Below, one piece after another: positions 30,154 to 39,269 of a stretch of 49,196 nucleotides of DNA. Every line of letters starts with the position of its first letter. The first letter of the stretch is position 1. The notes beneath the pieces were generated by a model. That model was not told the origin of the DNA. It searched no databases and saw nothing but the letters and a program-made list of their open reading frames with translations. The translations under genes and the position numbers were made by a program. The DNA is from an uncultured Oscillibacter sp. (lineage in GTDB: Bacteria; Bacillota; Clostridia; Oscillospirales; Oscillospiraceae): contig CAZQJD010000001.1 in NCBI GenBank assembly GCA_964593575.1, positions 1 through 49,196 of the forward strand, given 5' to 3'.

Positions 30154-30861
30154 TCATTCACCTTTCAGAGCAAAAATTTCATCCGCTGTTAAGTAGCGCC
30201 ATTTGCCGACAGGAAGATCTCCCAGCGTAAGTGAATGCTCGGAAATCCTGCAAAGGCGCTTAACAGACAATCCGCACTGTTCACACATACGGCGAATCTG
30301 GCGATTTTTACCTTCGTGAATGGTAACCAGCATTTCAGCGGTCTCTTTTCCCTGCCGCACGAGATCTATCTGCGCCGGATGGATCGGTTCGCCGTCCAGT
30401 TCCCGGACAGCACGCAGACGCTGCGCCGCGCCGGACATCTCGCCTGCAACAGTAACGGCATACGTTTTGGAAACTTCAAAACTCGGGTGGATCAGTCTCT
30501 GCATCAACGCACCGTCATTGGTCAGCAGCAAGAGCCCTTCCGACTGCAGATCCAGGCGCCCAACAGGAAACACACGCTCTCCCACATCACGTGTTAAATC
30601 TGCCACAGTGGCTCTGCCCTTTTCGTCAGACAGTGTTGTGACATATCCTCTGGGCTTGTTGAGCATCAGATATACATACTCTGCCTGCTGACCAACGACA
30701 CGCCCATCCACTGTAACCGTGTCGTGCTGCAGATCCGCTTTTTCGCCCAACTGCGCTGTTCTGCCGTTGATCTGTACGCGGCCGGTTGCGATCAATGACT
30801 CTGCCGCACGACGGGAGCAGATCCCGGCCGATGCGATCAGTTTTTGCAGTCGTTCTTCCAC
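30154..30861 (-). CDS. rluB: 23S rRNA pseudouridine synthase (RluB/RsuA family)
   Basis: ERLQK S4 domain, GRLD, EGKNRQIRRM; GTG start inferred. Confidence 0.9.
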   Translation of the reverse strand: MEERLQKLIASAGICSRRAAESLIATGRVQINGRTAQLGEKADLQHDTVTVDGRVVGQQAEYVYLMLNKPRGYVTTLSDEKGRATVADLTRDVGERVFPVGRLDLQSEGLLLLTNDGALMQRLIHPSFEVSKTYAVTVAGEMSGAAQRLRAVRELDGEPIHPAQIDLVRQGKETAEMLVTIHEGKNRQIRRMCEQCGLSVKRLCRISEHSLTLGDLPVGKWRYLTADEIFALKGE

Positions 30862-30883
30862 ATCCGCTCCCTCACTTTCGTCT

Positions 30884-32005
30884 TCAATAAGCAATTTGCC
30901 GTCTCAGGCGGTCGACCATGCTCCGCGATTCTTTCAGCTCCGCTCCGGCCGCTGCTACAGACGATCCGCAAATCAATGCCGTTCTCTGTACCTCCGTTCC
31001 GTCCAGAAGCAGAACCGCCTGTCCGACAACAGTATTCTGTTCTACCGGCGCCGCCAGAACTTTCGGAAGCTCCCATTGTACGCGCAGCTCCTCGCCGTCC
31101 TGTATTGGCCAGGACAGTGTTTCAGCCGCTATTACACCGACAGATGACACAGCACCGTCGATCACCGGTAGCAGCAACGCCGTTCCGTCCTTGTGAACCA
31201 TCGTCTTTTCCGTGAATGCCGTAAAGCCATAGGAGAACAGCTCCGCATGGTCGACCCAGTCGTTGCCGTCCTGCAGCGTCACAGCCACCAGACGCTGGCC
31301 GTTTCTTTCTGCGCAGGATACCAGTGTCCGGCCGGCAGCGCGGGTATAGCCGGTTTTCAGACCCACACAGCCTTCCACCGTGTTCAGAAGGCGGTTGTGA
31401 TTGTTCATTGTACGGCCGCCCACAGTAACGCTCCTTGTGGATGCGATCCGCATCAGTGTGGGATTTTCCATGGCGGCACAGGCAAGACGCGCCATATCCA
31501 GCGCAGTGGAATAGTGCCCATCTGCGTCCAGACCGTTGGGGTTGGCAAAAGAAGAATTTGTCATACCCAGCTCTGCCGCTTTTTCGTTCATCAGAGCGAC
31601 AAATTCATCGACGCTGCCAGCCACACCTTCTGCTACCGCCAGCGCCGCATCATTCCCCGAAGACAGGAGAAGCCCGTAAAGCAGCGTCTCCAATGTCAGC
31701 TGTTCGCCTTCTTTCAGGTACATGGATGTACCTTCTGCCAACGTTGCTTCCCGCGTCACGGTAATCACATCCGACAGCCGACCGTTTTCAATGGCCACCA
31801 GCGCCGTCAGGATCTTTGTGGTCGATGCGATCAGCATTTGAGCATTCTCGTTATGGGCATACAGGATCCGGCCGCTGTCGGCATCCATCAGAATGGCTGC
31901 CGTGGCAGAGGTCGTGACAGCGTGCGCCTCTGAGGGAATCACGCTGAACAGCAGGATCATTATGGAAACGACTGCTGTCAGCAACCGAAATGTTCGGGTC
32001 GGCAT
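30884..32005 (-). CDS. D-alanyl-D-alanine carboxypeptidase (S11, DacB/DacF-like)
   Basis: Signal peptide; STTK, SGN, KTG motifs; ytfJ-dacB-rluB context. Confidence 0.93.
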   Translation of the reverse strand: MPTRTFRLLTAVVSIMILLFSVIPSEAHAVTTSATAAILMDADSGRILYAHNENAQMLIASTTKILTALVAIENGRLSDVITVTREATLAEGTSMYLKEGEQLTLETLLYGLLLSSGNDAALAVAEGVAGSVDEFVALMNEKAAELGMTNSSFANPNGLDADGHYSTALDMARLACAAMENPTLMRIASTRSVTVGGRTMNNHNRLLNTVEGCVGLKTGYTRAAGRTLVSCAERNGQRLVAVTLQDGNDWVDHAELFSYGFTAFTEKTMVHKDGTALLLPVIDGAVSSVGVIAAETLSWPIQDGEELRVQWELPKVLAAPVEQNTVVGQAVLLLDGTEVQRTALICGSSVAAAGAELKESRSMVDRLRRQIAY

Positions 32006-32046
32006 ATTACATCACCTTTCGTTTGGTGATGCATAGTATGTCCCGC

Positions 32047-32433
32047 TCAGAAGTCTTCTTTCGCTTTCTTCTTATCGAAATATTTTTCCACTTTGTCCAT
32101 CAAATCCGGCACCATGTCGATGACACGATCCACCGTGGACATGGGAGGTACGGCCACAGGCATAACACGGGTGATGCCATCCTTGATCACGAGGAATGCC
32201 ACAGGATCGATCTTGACGCCGGCACCGCTGCCACCGCCGAAGTTCTTGTCAGCCGCGTTTTTGCCGTAATCGCTGCCACCGCTGCCAAAGCCGAAGCTGA
32301 TCTTCGAGATAGGGATCAGGGTGACACCGTCCGGTGTGGTAATAGGCTCGCCGACAATGGTATTGGTATCTGCCATTTCATGGATCTTCTCCATGGTAGA
32401 GCGCATCAGGGAGTCAAGCTTGTTGTTTTCCAT
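32047..32433 (-). CDS. ytfJ: Sporulation protein YtfJ/GerW
   Basis: NTIVGEPI, PISKISFGFGSGGSD, GGGSGAG. Confidence 0.93.
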   Translation of the reverse strand: MENNKLDSLMRSTMEKIHEMADTNTIVGEPITTPDGVTLIPISKISFGFGSGGSDYGKNAADKNFGGGSGAGVKIDPVAFLVIKDGITRVMPVAVPPMSTVDRVIDMVPDLMDKVEKYFDKKKAKEDF

Positions 32434-32448
32434 ATATGCCGTCCTTTC

Positions 32449-33081
32449 TTAAGCAGCCGATTCAGGCAGCGGCTGCTGCTTTGCTGTGTTTGATCTCTTT
32501 GTGTATTTAAATAACCATCGAATGGCGGGGATCGCTATGCCGAGAACAACGATCAGCAGGGTCCCGATACGGATCCCGATGCCGATATCCCCGCGCAGCT
32601 GAAGTTTCTCTGCCTCAAAGTCCATATCCAGATGAACATGCGGGTCCGGGATCGTCAGAAGCTGTTCCAGTGCCGGCATCACCGTCCATACCGCTGCACT
32701 GGCATAACCGTAGGTTTCCGCGGCTCCGGCGGGATCTTCCCTGCCGCCGAAAATTACAGAGATGTCCAGCGGATGAATGCGGATACCGCGACGGGTACTG
32801 TGCAGCGCACAAAGCAACGCGGGTTTCAGCGTACGGTATGCATCCTTGATGTCCGAAAGCGCAGGTTTGGGAATCGCCTTTTTCGTTTCTGTCCTCTGCT
32901 CTGCTTTTGTATCCTTCGCTTCTTTCGCCTTAACAGCGGGATAGAGCTGACGACGAATCGGACCAATATGAAGAGTCAGGGTGAGCGTCTGGTCTGCCTT
33001 TATGAGAATCCTTACCCGCAGCAGGCAAACCAGCAGGAACAGCAGAAGAAGTATTCCCAGTATCCACAGAAGAAGCATCAC
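32449..33081 (-). CDS. DUF2953 / YtfI-like membrane protein
   Basis: N-terminal TM, GREDPAGAAETYG motif, upstream of ytfJ. Confidence 0.75.
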   Translation of the reverse strand: MMLLLWILGILLLLFLLVCLLRVRILIKADQTLTLTLHIGPIRRQLYPAVKAKEAKDTKAEQRTETKKAIPKPALSDIKDAYRTLKPALLCALHSTRRGIRIHPLDISVIFGGREDPAGAAETYGYASAAVWTVMPALEQLLTIPDPHVHLDMDFEAEKLQLRGDIGIGIRIGTLLIVVLGIAIPAIRWLFKYTKRSNTAKQQPLPESAA

Positions 33082-33113
33082 CCATCACCTCCCTCTTCAA
33101 AATGCACTCCGCT

Positions 33114-33725
33114 TCAATCCGTCTCGGTTGCTGCATCCTCCAGCAGATCCGTCCCGGGGTCCACCAGCATACCGTCGTCACCCAGACGAAGCTGGCCGTC
33201 GCCGGCCAGATCCGGCATCTCAGGCAGATCATCCAGGCTGGTCAGATGGAATGCCCGCAGGAACTGGCGGGTAGTACGATACAGTCTGGGGCGACCCGGT
33301 ACCTGCAGTCGGCCGCACTCCTCGATCAGCTTGCGATCCAACAGAAGACCAATGGTATAAGAGCTGTCCACACCGCGGATCTGATCCACATAGGCGCGGG
33401 TCGTGGGCTGATAGTACGCAATGATGGTAAGCACCTCCAATGCAGGCTGACTGAGCTTGGCAGGCTTGCGGATCTCAAATGCCTTGCGGATGGCATCGGC
33501 GTAATCCGGCGAAGAACACAGCTGCCAGGTATCCTCAATGTGCAGCAGACGAATGCCGCGGCGTTCATAGGCATAATAGTCCATCAGCTTCTGCAGCAGC
33601 TGCTCCACTGTGGGACGATCCATTTCCAGCGCCATACAGATCCGCTCCACATGGATGGGTTCTCCGGAGGCAAAGAGAATGCCTTCAATGGCAGACTCGA
33701 TTTCTTTCATATCTTTTGTATCCAC
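33114..33725 (-). CDS. scpB: SMC-Scp complex subunit ScpB
   Basis: IEGILFASGEP, LEVLTIIAYYQP, IRGV, GRPRLYRTT. Confidence 0.96.
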   Translation of the reverse strand: MDTKDMKEIESAIEGILFASGEPIHVERICMALEMDRPTVEQLLQKLMDYYAYERRGIRLLHIEDTWQLCSSPDYADAIRKAFEIRKPAKLSQPALEVLTIIAYYQPTTRAYVDQIRGVDSSYTIGLLLDRKLIEECGRLQVPGRPRLYRTTRQFLRAFHLTSLDDLPEMPDLAGDGQLRLGDDGMLVDPGTDLLEDAATETD

Positions 33726-33737
33726 TCAGGCATCTCC

Positions 33738-34520
33738 TTAAAACGTCAGATTATCCGGCAGGTCCTTTTCCTGCTTCACGGTGCAGTCCGTTTCCGATCC
33801 GGCCAAGCGGATCACACAGGCGCGGCACAGCTCCAGCACAGCCAGAAACGTAGCTACGATCTCACTGCGGCTGCGGTTGCCGCGGAACAGCAGTAAAAAC
33901 CGTGTCATACCGCCGGTCTTCAGCCGCTCAACGATCTCTCGTGCCTTGCTTTCCACCGGATACGGTTCGCGCTTGACGATCTCTTCAAATGCCGTTTTCG
34001 GCGGCGGCAAACGGCGCTCCGCACGGTTCTGGATCTCAGCGATGGCCAGAATCAGATCCGCCGGCACATGGTTGTATTCATAGATCTTTCCCCGCTCCAC
34101 CGGTTCCGGCATACGGGTCTCGATATTGCGGCCGAACTCGCTCATGGGTTCCAGCCGCTTGGCCATCATCTTGATGCGGCCATAGCTCTCGTTACGGCGG
34201 CGCTCTTCCAGAGACTTGATCAGAGAATCCATCTCCGACTGGACCTCTTCATCCTCCAGAGAAAGCAGCATCCGGGTCTTGATGTACATCAGATGGGACG
34301 CCATGGTGATAAACTCACTGGCCACCTCCAGATCCATCTTCTGCCGCTGCTCCAGCCAGGCCAGATACTGCTCCAGAATCAGAGAAATGGAAATGTCCTG
34401 TATCTCCATTTTATTTTTACCCAGAAGGAACAGAATCAGATCCAGCGGACCTTCAAAATCCTGCATTTCCTCGCTTCGGTCGTGTACGACGCGTTCCAGC
34501 TTATAAATCGGGTTTTCCAT
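33738..34520 (-). CDS. scpA: Segregation/condensation protein A
   Basis: FEGPLDLILFL, ASEF, TFLAVLEL. Confidence 0.96.
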   Translation of the reverse strand: MENPIYKLERVVHDRSEEMQDFEGPLDLILFLLGKNKMEIQDISISLILEQYLAWLEQRQKMDLEVASEFITMASHLMYIKTRMLLSLEDEEVQSEMDSLIKSLEERRRNESYGRIKMMAKRLEPMSEFGRNIETRMPEPVERGKIYEYNHVPADLILAIAEIQNRAERRLPPPKTAFEEIVKREPYPVESKAREIVERLKTGGMTRFLLLFRGNRSRSEIVATFLAVLELCRACVIRLAGSETDCTVKQEKDLPDNLTF

Positions 34521-34523
34521 GGT

Positions 34524-35186
34524 TCACCCCAGTAAGATCAGATTGATGAGCGCAGAGTAGACCGCGGAGATGGCCCCGCTGATCCAATCTCCCGTCACAT
34601 TGGTCAGCGACAGGATCAGCAAAAGGATCATTCCATAGCGCTCGTAGCGCATCAGTGTGTAGTATACTCTGTCCGGCAGGATCACAGCCAGAATTTTGGA
34701 ACCGTCCAGTGGCGGGATCGGAAGCAGATTGAAGAGGCCCAATCCGATAGACAACTGTACTGCATACAGCAAGGTATAGAAGACAGTGACCAGAACGGTG
34801 CCAGGATTTGAGTAAAGGTAAATCACCTTACAGATAAGCAACAGCAACATCGCCAAAAGAAAATTGGACGCAGGTCCGGCCAATGCCGTGACTGCCATTC
34901 CTTTCTTCGGATCGCGGAAATGCCGCGGATCCACCGGCACAGGCTTCGCCCATCCAAAGCCGGCGGTGAACAGCAGCGCAAGACCCACAAGATCCACATG
35001 GCGCAGCGGATTGAGAGATAGTCTTCCCTCCTGTTTTGCCGTCCTGTCCCCCAGCAGATAGGCGGCAAAGCCGTGTGCAGTCTCATGCACCGTCAGGCAC
35101 AGAACGACTGCAAATAAGCGCTGCAATGTGGATGTCAGAAAATCGATATTCATTTCCTGAAACAAATTCCGGATATACTGAAGCAC
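34524..35186 (-). CDS. Site-2 protease family (M50) protein
   Basis: HETAH, GWAKPVP, LAGP, FNLLPIPPLDG; GTG start inferred. Confidence 0.92.
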   Translation of the reverse strand: MLQYIRNLFQEMNIDFLTSTLQRLFAVVLCLTVHETAHGFAAYLLGDRTAKQEGRLSLNPLRHVDLVGLALLFTAGFGWAKPVPVDPRHFRDPKKGMAVTALAGPASNFLLAMLLLLICKVIYLYSNPGTVLVTVFYTLLYAVQLSIGLGLFNLLPIPPLDGSKILAVILPDRVYYTLMRYERYGMILLLILSLTNVTGDWISGAISAVYSALINLILLG

Positions 35187-35229
35187 AATGATACCTCTAA
35201 CGATCGAATGGTATAAACAATCACAATAT

Positions 35230-35258
35230 ATTATAACAGCCATCGCTTTAGATTACAA
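35230..35258 (-). promoter_or_regulatory. sigmaA promoter for S2P-scpAB
   Basis: TTGTAA-N17-TATAAT with extended -10 TG. Confidence 0.75.
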
Positions 35259-35277
35259 GGCGCTGTGGTGCTGATAA

Positions 35278-35312
35278 AAAAATTCCGAGGCAAAATTTGC
35301 CTCGGAATTTTT
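35278..35312 (-). terminator. Bidirectional intrinsic terminator after tsf
   Basis: AAAAATTCCGAGGCAAA-A-TTTGCCTCGGAATTTTT. Confidence 0.88.
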
Positions 35313-35333
35313 CGTTCACCCAATTGGAAGCTA

Positions 35334-36248
35334 TTACTTCACCATGGCAGCGATCTCAGCTGCGAAGTTCTCCTGCTTCTTCTCGATGCCTTCACCCTTC
35401 TCAAAGCGGACAGCATCCTTGAAGGCGATCTTGCCGCCCAGAGTCTTGGCGACACCGGCGATATACTTCTCAACGGTCAGGCTGTTGTCCTTAACGAACT
35501 CCTGCTGCAGCAGGCAGTTCTCGGAATAGAACTTGTTCAGCTTGCCCATGACGATCTTCTCGCGAACCTGCTCAGGCTTGCCGGCCATCTTGGGATCGTT
35601 GGCCATCTGAGCCATCATGATCTTCTTCTCGGTCTCCAGGACTTCCTCGGTGACCTGGCTCTTGTCCCAGAAACGGGGATTCAGAGCAGCGATCTGCATG
35701 GCGACGTCCTTGCCGCACTCCTCAACCTGCTCAGCGGTCAGGTCGGTGTCCAGGATCACCAGCACGCCGATCTTGCCGCCGGCGTGGACATAGGAAACGG
35801 GAGTGCCCTCAGCAAAGCGGGCGAAACGACGAACCTTGATGTTCTCACCGATGACCAGCACCATCTCCTGCTGCTGCTGCTCGACGGTCAGGTCGGTATC
35901 AGCATACTTGCAGGCCATCAGAGCATCCAGATCAGCGGGATTCTCCTTGGCGACGGTAGCGGCAACACCCTTGACGAAATTGACGAACTTCTCGTTCTTG
36001 CCGACGAAGTCGGTCTCAGCATTGACCTCGACCACGACACCGACACCATCGATGATGGTGGACAGAGCCATGCCCTCAGCAGCAATACGGCCAGCCTTCT
36101 TCTGGGAAGCGGCCAGACCCTTTTCGCGCAGATACTCGATAGCCTTCTCGATGTTGCCATCAGTCTCAGCCAGAGCCTTCTTGCAATCCATCATGCCAAC
36201 GCCGGTCATTTCGCGCAGGTTCTTAACATCAGCTGCAGTAAAAGCCAT
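35334..36248 (-). CDS. tsf: Elongation factor Ts
   Basis: LREMTGVGMMDCKKAL, ETDFV, GEGIEK. Confidence 0.98.
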   Translation of the reverse strand: MAFTAADVKNLREMTGVGMMDCKKALAETDGNIEKAIEYLREKGLAASQKKAGRIAAEGMALSTIIDGVGVVVEVNAETDFVGKNEKFVNFVKGVAATVAKENPADLDALMACKYADTDLTVEQQQQEMVLVIGENIKVRRFARFAEGTPVSYVHAGGKIGVLVILDTDLTAEQVEECGKDVAMQIAALNPRFWDKSQVTEEVLETEKKIMMAQMANDPKMAGKPEQVREKIVMGKLNKFYSENCLLQQEFVKDNSLTVEKYIAGVAKTLGGKIAFKDAVRFEKGEGIEKKQENFAAEIAAMVK

Positions 36249-36328
36249 TTTCAAATTCCTCCATTATTCAAGTATCGGCCATCCTCACCCATTCTCACGG
36301 AGCGAGATGTCCAGAGTATATAAGTTGA

Positions 36329-37054
36329 TTACTCGGTGACCTCAGCAACATCTTCCAGCTGCTCGCCCTGCTTGCCTTCCAGCACAGCATTGGCCATAAC
36401 AGAGGAGATCAGCTTGATGGCGCGGATAGCGTCGTCGTTGCCGGGGATGACATAGTCGATCTCGTCGGGATCGCAGTTGGTATCGGCGATGGCCACAACG
36501 GGGATGCCCAGCTTGTGAGCCTCAGCGATGGCGTTGCGCTCCTTGCGGGTGTCAACGATGAACAGAGCGCCGGGCAGGGTCTTCATTTCCTTCACGCCGC
36601 CCAGATACTTCTCCAGCTTCTCGATCTCGCCCAGCAGCTTCATGACTTCCTTCTTGGGCAGCATATCGAAGGTGCCGTCCTCCTGCATGGCCTTCAGCTG
36701 GTTCAGACGGTCAACGCGGGTACGCATGGTCTTGAAGTTGGTCATCATGCCGCCCAGCCAACGAGCGTTGACATAGTACTGGCCGCAGCGCAGAGCCTCC
36801 TCGCGGATAGCTTCCTGAGCCTGCTTCTTGGTGCCGACGAACAGGATGGTCTGGCCGTTCTCAGCCAGCTCGCGGACGAAGCTGTAAGCCTCTTCCAGCT
36901 TGCGGACGGTCTTCTGCAGGTCAACGATATAGATGCCGTTGCGCTCGGTGTAGATATAGGGAGCCATCTTGGGGTTCCAGCGACGGGTCTGGTGACCGAA
37001 GTGGACGCCTGCCTCCAGCAGGGCTTTCATGGACACGACGTTAGAATTTGCCAT
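36329..37054 (-). CDS. rpsB: 30S ribosomal protein S2
   Basis: [27 protein letters not shown]; start at MANSN after GGAGG. Confidence 0.99.
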   Translation of the reverse strand: MANSNVVSMKALLEAGVHFGHQTRRWNPKMAPYIYTERNGIYIVDLQKTVRKLEEAYSFVRELAENGQTILFVGTKKQAQEAIREEALRCGQYYVNARWLGGMMTNFKTMRTRVDRLNQLKAMQEDGTFDMLPKKEVMKLLGEIEKLEKYLGGVKEMKTLPGALFIVDTRKERNAIAEAHKLGIPVVAIADTNCDPDEIDYVIPGNDDAIRAIKLISSVMANAVLEGKQGEQLEDVAEVTE

Positions 37055-37059
37055 TTTTG

Positions 37060-37156
37060 TTTTCCTCCAAATCAATTTAGTTGTTACCTCTAACTGCTTC
37101 ATTCTCCCTGCCAACCATGACGGCACAGACAGAAAGTCCGCAGCTATGCGGAATGC
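37060..37156 (-). ncRNA. Putative rpsB 5' leader (S2 autoregulatory, t44-like)
   Basis: ~100-nt structured leader between the promoter and the rpsB RBS; position-based call. Confidence 0.5.
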
Positions 37157-37162
37157 TGAAAT

Positions 37163-37191
37163 ATAGTACCATATTGTTCCCGTCGGCGCAA
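37163..37191 (-). promoter_or_regulatory. sigmaA promoter for rpsB-tsf
   Basis: TTGCGC-N17-TACTAT with extended -10 TG. Confidence 0.75.
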
Positions 37192-37261
37192 GTACTTTTT
37201 ACAAAAATTCAGGCAAATTTTCGGTATATTTTCCGAATTTTCCACCCGTTTCACACGGTGT

Positions 37262-37546
37262 TCAGAACTTGCGGCGGCGTTTGTGCTCCAGCACCGGATC
37301 CCGGCGCTGGAACGGCTTGTCGACCAGAATAATGTCGTCGCCGATGCGCTGGATACATTCCCATGGAATGTAATATTCCTCTCCCCTGCCGAACAATCCG
37401 AAAAACCTGCCCGGCCCGTAGACGATGATGGCGCAGACCTGCCCATCCGGCAGCCTGACCTCCATATCCGATACAAAACCCAGTCGACAGCCATCACAGA
37501 TATTGATGACTTCCTTGCAGCGCATATCCCGTATTCTGCAGTCCAT
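37262..37546 (-). CDS. ylmC: YlmC/YmxH family PRC-barrel sporulation protein
   Basis: KEVINICDGCRLGFVSD, IPWECIQRIGDDIILV; GGAGG RBS. Confidence 0.92.
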   Translation of the reverse strand: MDCRIRDMRCKEVINICDGCRLGFVSDMEVRLPDGQVCAIIVYGPGRFFGLFGRGEEYYIPWECIQRIGDDIILVDKPFQRRDPVLEHKRRRKF

Positions 37547-37630
37547 CCACATCCCCTCCCGCAAAATTCTATGCAAACCGCAGAATGTCCCATACACCGC
37601 AGCATTTCCCGGTTTCGGCGAAATCCGCCA

Positions 37631-37660
37631 GTATAGGAAAACGTCGGGATGCTCATACTG
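37631..37660 (+). promoter_or_regulatory. sigmaF/sigmaG-type promoter of sigG
   Basis: GTATA-N15-GCTCATACTG matches the forespore sigma consensus (GYATA-N15-GGnnAnAHTR / CATWMTA). Confidence 0.7.
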
Positions 37661-37695
37661 AGTCAAGAGAAATTTCAAGGCGGGAGGCGGTCATT

Positions 37696-37986
37696 TTGCA
37701 GGGAAAGGTCGAGATCTGCGGCGTCAATACCGCAAAGCTGAAAGTCCTGAAAAACGAGGAAACCATGGAGCTGCTGCGCCGCACCAAAAGCGGAGATCAG
37801 GAGGCCAGACGCACACTGATCGAAGGAAATCTTCGCCTGGTTCTGTCTGTGATCCAGAAATTTGCAAGCCGCGGCGAAAACGCAGACGACCTCTTTCAGG
37901 TAGGCTGCGTCGGTCTCATCAAGGCCATTGATAATTTTGATATCACCCAGCCTGTGCGTTTTTCCACCTATGGTGTACCGATGATC
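37696..37986 (+). pseudogene. sigG: 5' part (97 codons, regions 1.2-2.4) of sporulation sigma factor SigG, interrupted; reads in frame into foreign ORF to 38571
   Basis: GGGAGG RBS plus TTG; KVEICGVNTAKL, GNLRLVLSVIQKF, DDLFQVGCVGLIKAIDNFD, FSTYGVPMI are SigG-diagnostic; the expected xGEIRRYLRD continuation and regions 3-4 are absent. Confidence 0.92.
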
Positions 37987-38019
37987 TTCCGATGTCCAAA
38001 GAGAAAGGACATCAATGAT

Positions 38020-38571
38020 ATGACGAGAAAAATAGCCCTACAAGAAGCCATCAAAATTATAGAAAGTTCCCGTATCGGGAAACAACGGAAGGAGGACATC
38101 ATTGCTGGTCTGCAGCTCTGTCTGAATGAACTTCCATTTGCAACATGGTCTGAGGCTGCCATATTTGACGTATGCGATCAATTTGTGGCCGAGCATGGTC
38201 ATCTCAGATTATGCGATTTTAATCGTGCCGGACTTCCCTCGCATCCTACAATCAAAAACCGCTTTGATATGACGGCCAAAGAATTCCGTGATCAGTATTA
38301 TCCGCTGCCTGACACACCAGAATTCAAGCCAAAGTACAGCTTAGAAGACCGTGATAAGTGGAACGCTCAGTTTATTGAGGAATTTCGACGTATCAAATGT
38401 ACCAGTGAAGGTCACTACAATATGTGTAGAAAAAAAGATGTTCCGGTCTGGCAAACGATATGTAGGCTGAACGAAGTCGTTACATGGCGACAACTGTTGG
38501 CAAAGTTAGGTTTGGATACATATAAGCCAGAACGACCTATACTGTCAGCCACTATCAAACCTCCCGAATAA
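38020..38571 (+). CDS. Hypothetical 183-aa protein with two imperfect repeats resembling homing-endonuclease-associated DNA-binding repeats
   Basis: Own RBS AAAGGA plus ATG; repeats WSEAAI..DQF..EHG…GLPSHPTIKNRF and YSLED..QFIEEF…Y…VPVWQTICRL…W. Confidence 0.6.
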   Translation: MTRKIALQEAIKIIESSRIGKQRKEDIIAGLQLCLNELPFATWSEAAIFDVCDQFVAEHGHLRLCDFNRAGLPSHPTIKNRFDMTAKEFRDQYYPLPDTPEFKPKYSLEDRDKWNAQFIEEFRRIKCTSEGHYNMCRKKDVPVWQTICRLNEVVTWRQLLAKLGLDTYKPERPILSATIKPPE

Positions 38572-38603
38572 TAACTGATACAGCAGAAAGGAAGTAAATC
38601 GAT

Positions 38604-39116
38604 TTGAAATTGTCAACGACCGATGATACCTACACGCAGACTGCAAGAAAACGAAAGCGTGCCTCCAAACGTGGCCAACCATTAGCAACATGGCAGGCCA
38701 TCTTACTTGGCGTTGCTTTAGGTCTGTTCTTACGCACATTTATACGGATCGGCTTTGTTCCAAGCACCTCCATGGAGCCCACAATAAAAGCCAACAGTTT
38801 TCACGTGTTCATCCGAAGTTTCCGTGATCCAGCAGCAGGTGATATTGTTTTGATTTCAGCCAAAGAGAATTTGGTAAAACGCATCATTGCTGTAGGCGAG
38901 CAAGTTGTAACCATCTATGATGGCAATGTATATGTCAATGGCATCTTGCTTGCAGAAGAGTATCTACCAGTTGAGACAATTACCTATGGTAACGGCGTCT
39001 ATCACGTACCCGAAAACGAATTGTTTTACTTAGGCGATAATCGCGAGTATAGTTGCGATTCCAGAAGCGTTGGAACAGTTAGCGAATCTGCAGTCTCTTT
39101 TATCTTGTTAATTTAA
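38604..39116 (+). CDS. Signal peptidase I (S26)
   Basis: TM, PSTSMEPT (Ser), LVKRII (Lys), LGDNREYSCDSR. Confidence 0.9.
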   Translation: MKLSTTDDTYTQTARKRKRASKRGQPLATWQAILLGVALGLFLRTFIRIGFVPSTSMEPTIKANSFHVFIRSFRDPAAGDIVLISAKENLVKRIIAVGEQVVTIYDGNVYVNGILLAEEYLPVETITYGNGVYHVPENELFYLGDNREYSCDSRSVGTVSESAVSFILLI

Positions 39117-39150
39117 GGGTGAGCTTCGGCGACACTTCTCAGCCTCCACA

Positions 39151-39266
39151 TCCAGCTTCCTTCAGATTCCACCTCGCGGTAAACTCCCTTGCCTTCGGAT
39201 AGCGGTTCCTGCTACCGTGCCCGCAGTGGACTTTCACCACCAAGTTATCGCCTATGCCGGGCGCAC
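39151..39266 (-). mobile_element. Truncated group IIC intron 5' fragment (domain I)
   Basis: Minus strand GTGCGCCCGGCATAGGCGATAACTTGGTGGTGAAAGTCCAC…GCAAGGG…GGAATCTGAAGGAAGC, starting 3 nt after a terminator stem; no RT ORF follows. Confidence 0.88.
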
Positions 39267-39269
39267 CAG

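Noticed and set aside
37585..38571. Treating the 328-aa ORF as a complete, novel sigma factor
   Set aside because: The real start is TTG at 37696, SigG homology ends at 37986, there is no region 4 HTH, and the distal part has its own RBS and different composition
37987..38571. Self-splicing intron or intein as the cause of the sigG interruption
   Set aside because: No GTGYG group II start or Cys/Ser intein start at the junction, the frame ends in a stop, and SigG sequence does not resume in the window
1..39266. The two group IIC pieces as ends of one giant or trans-spliced intron
   Set aside because: Opposite strands and incompatible order; each is explained as an independent terminator-targeted insertion
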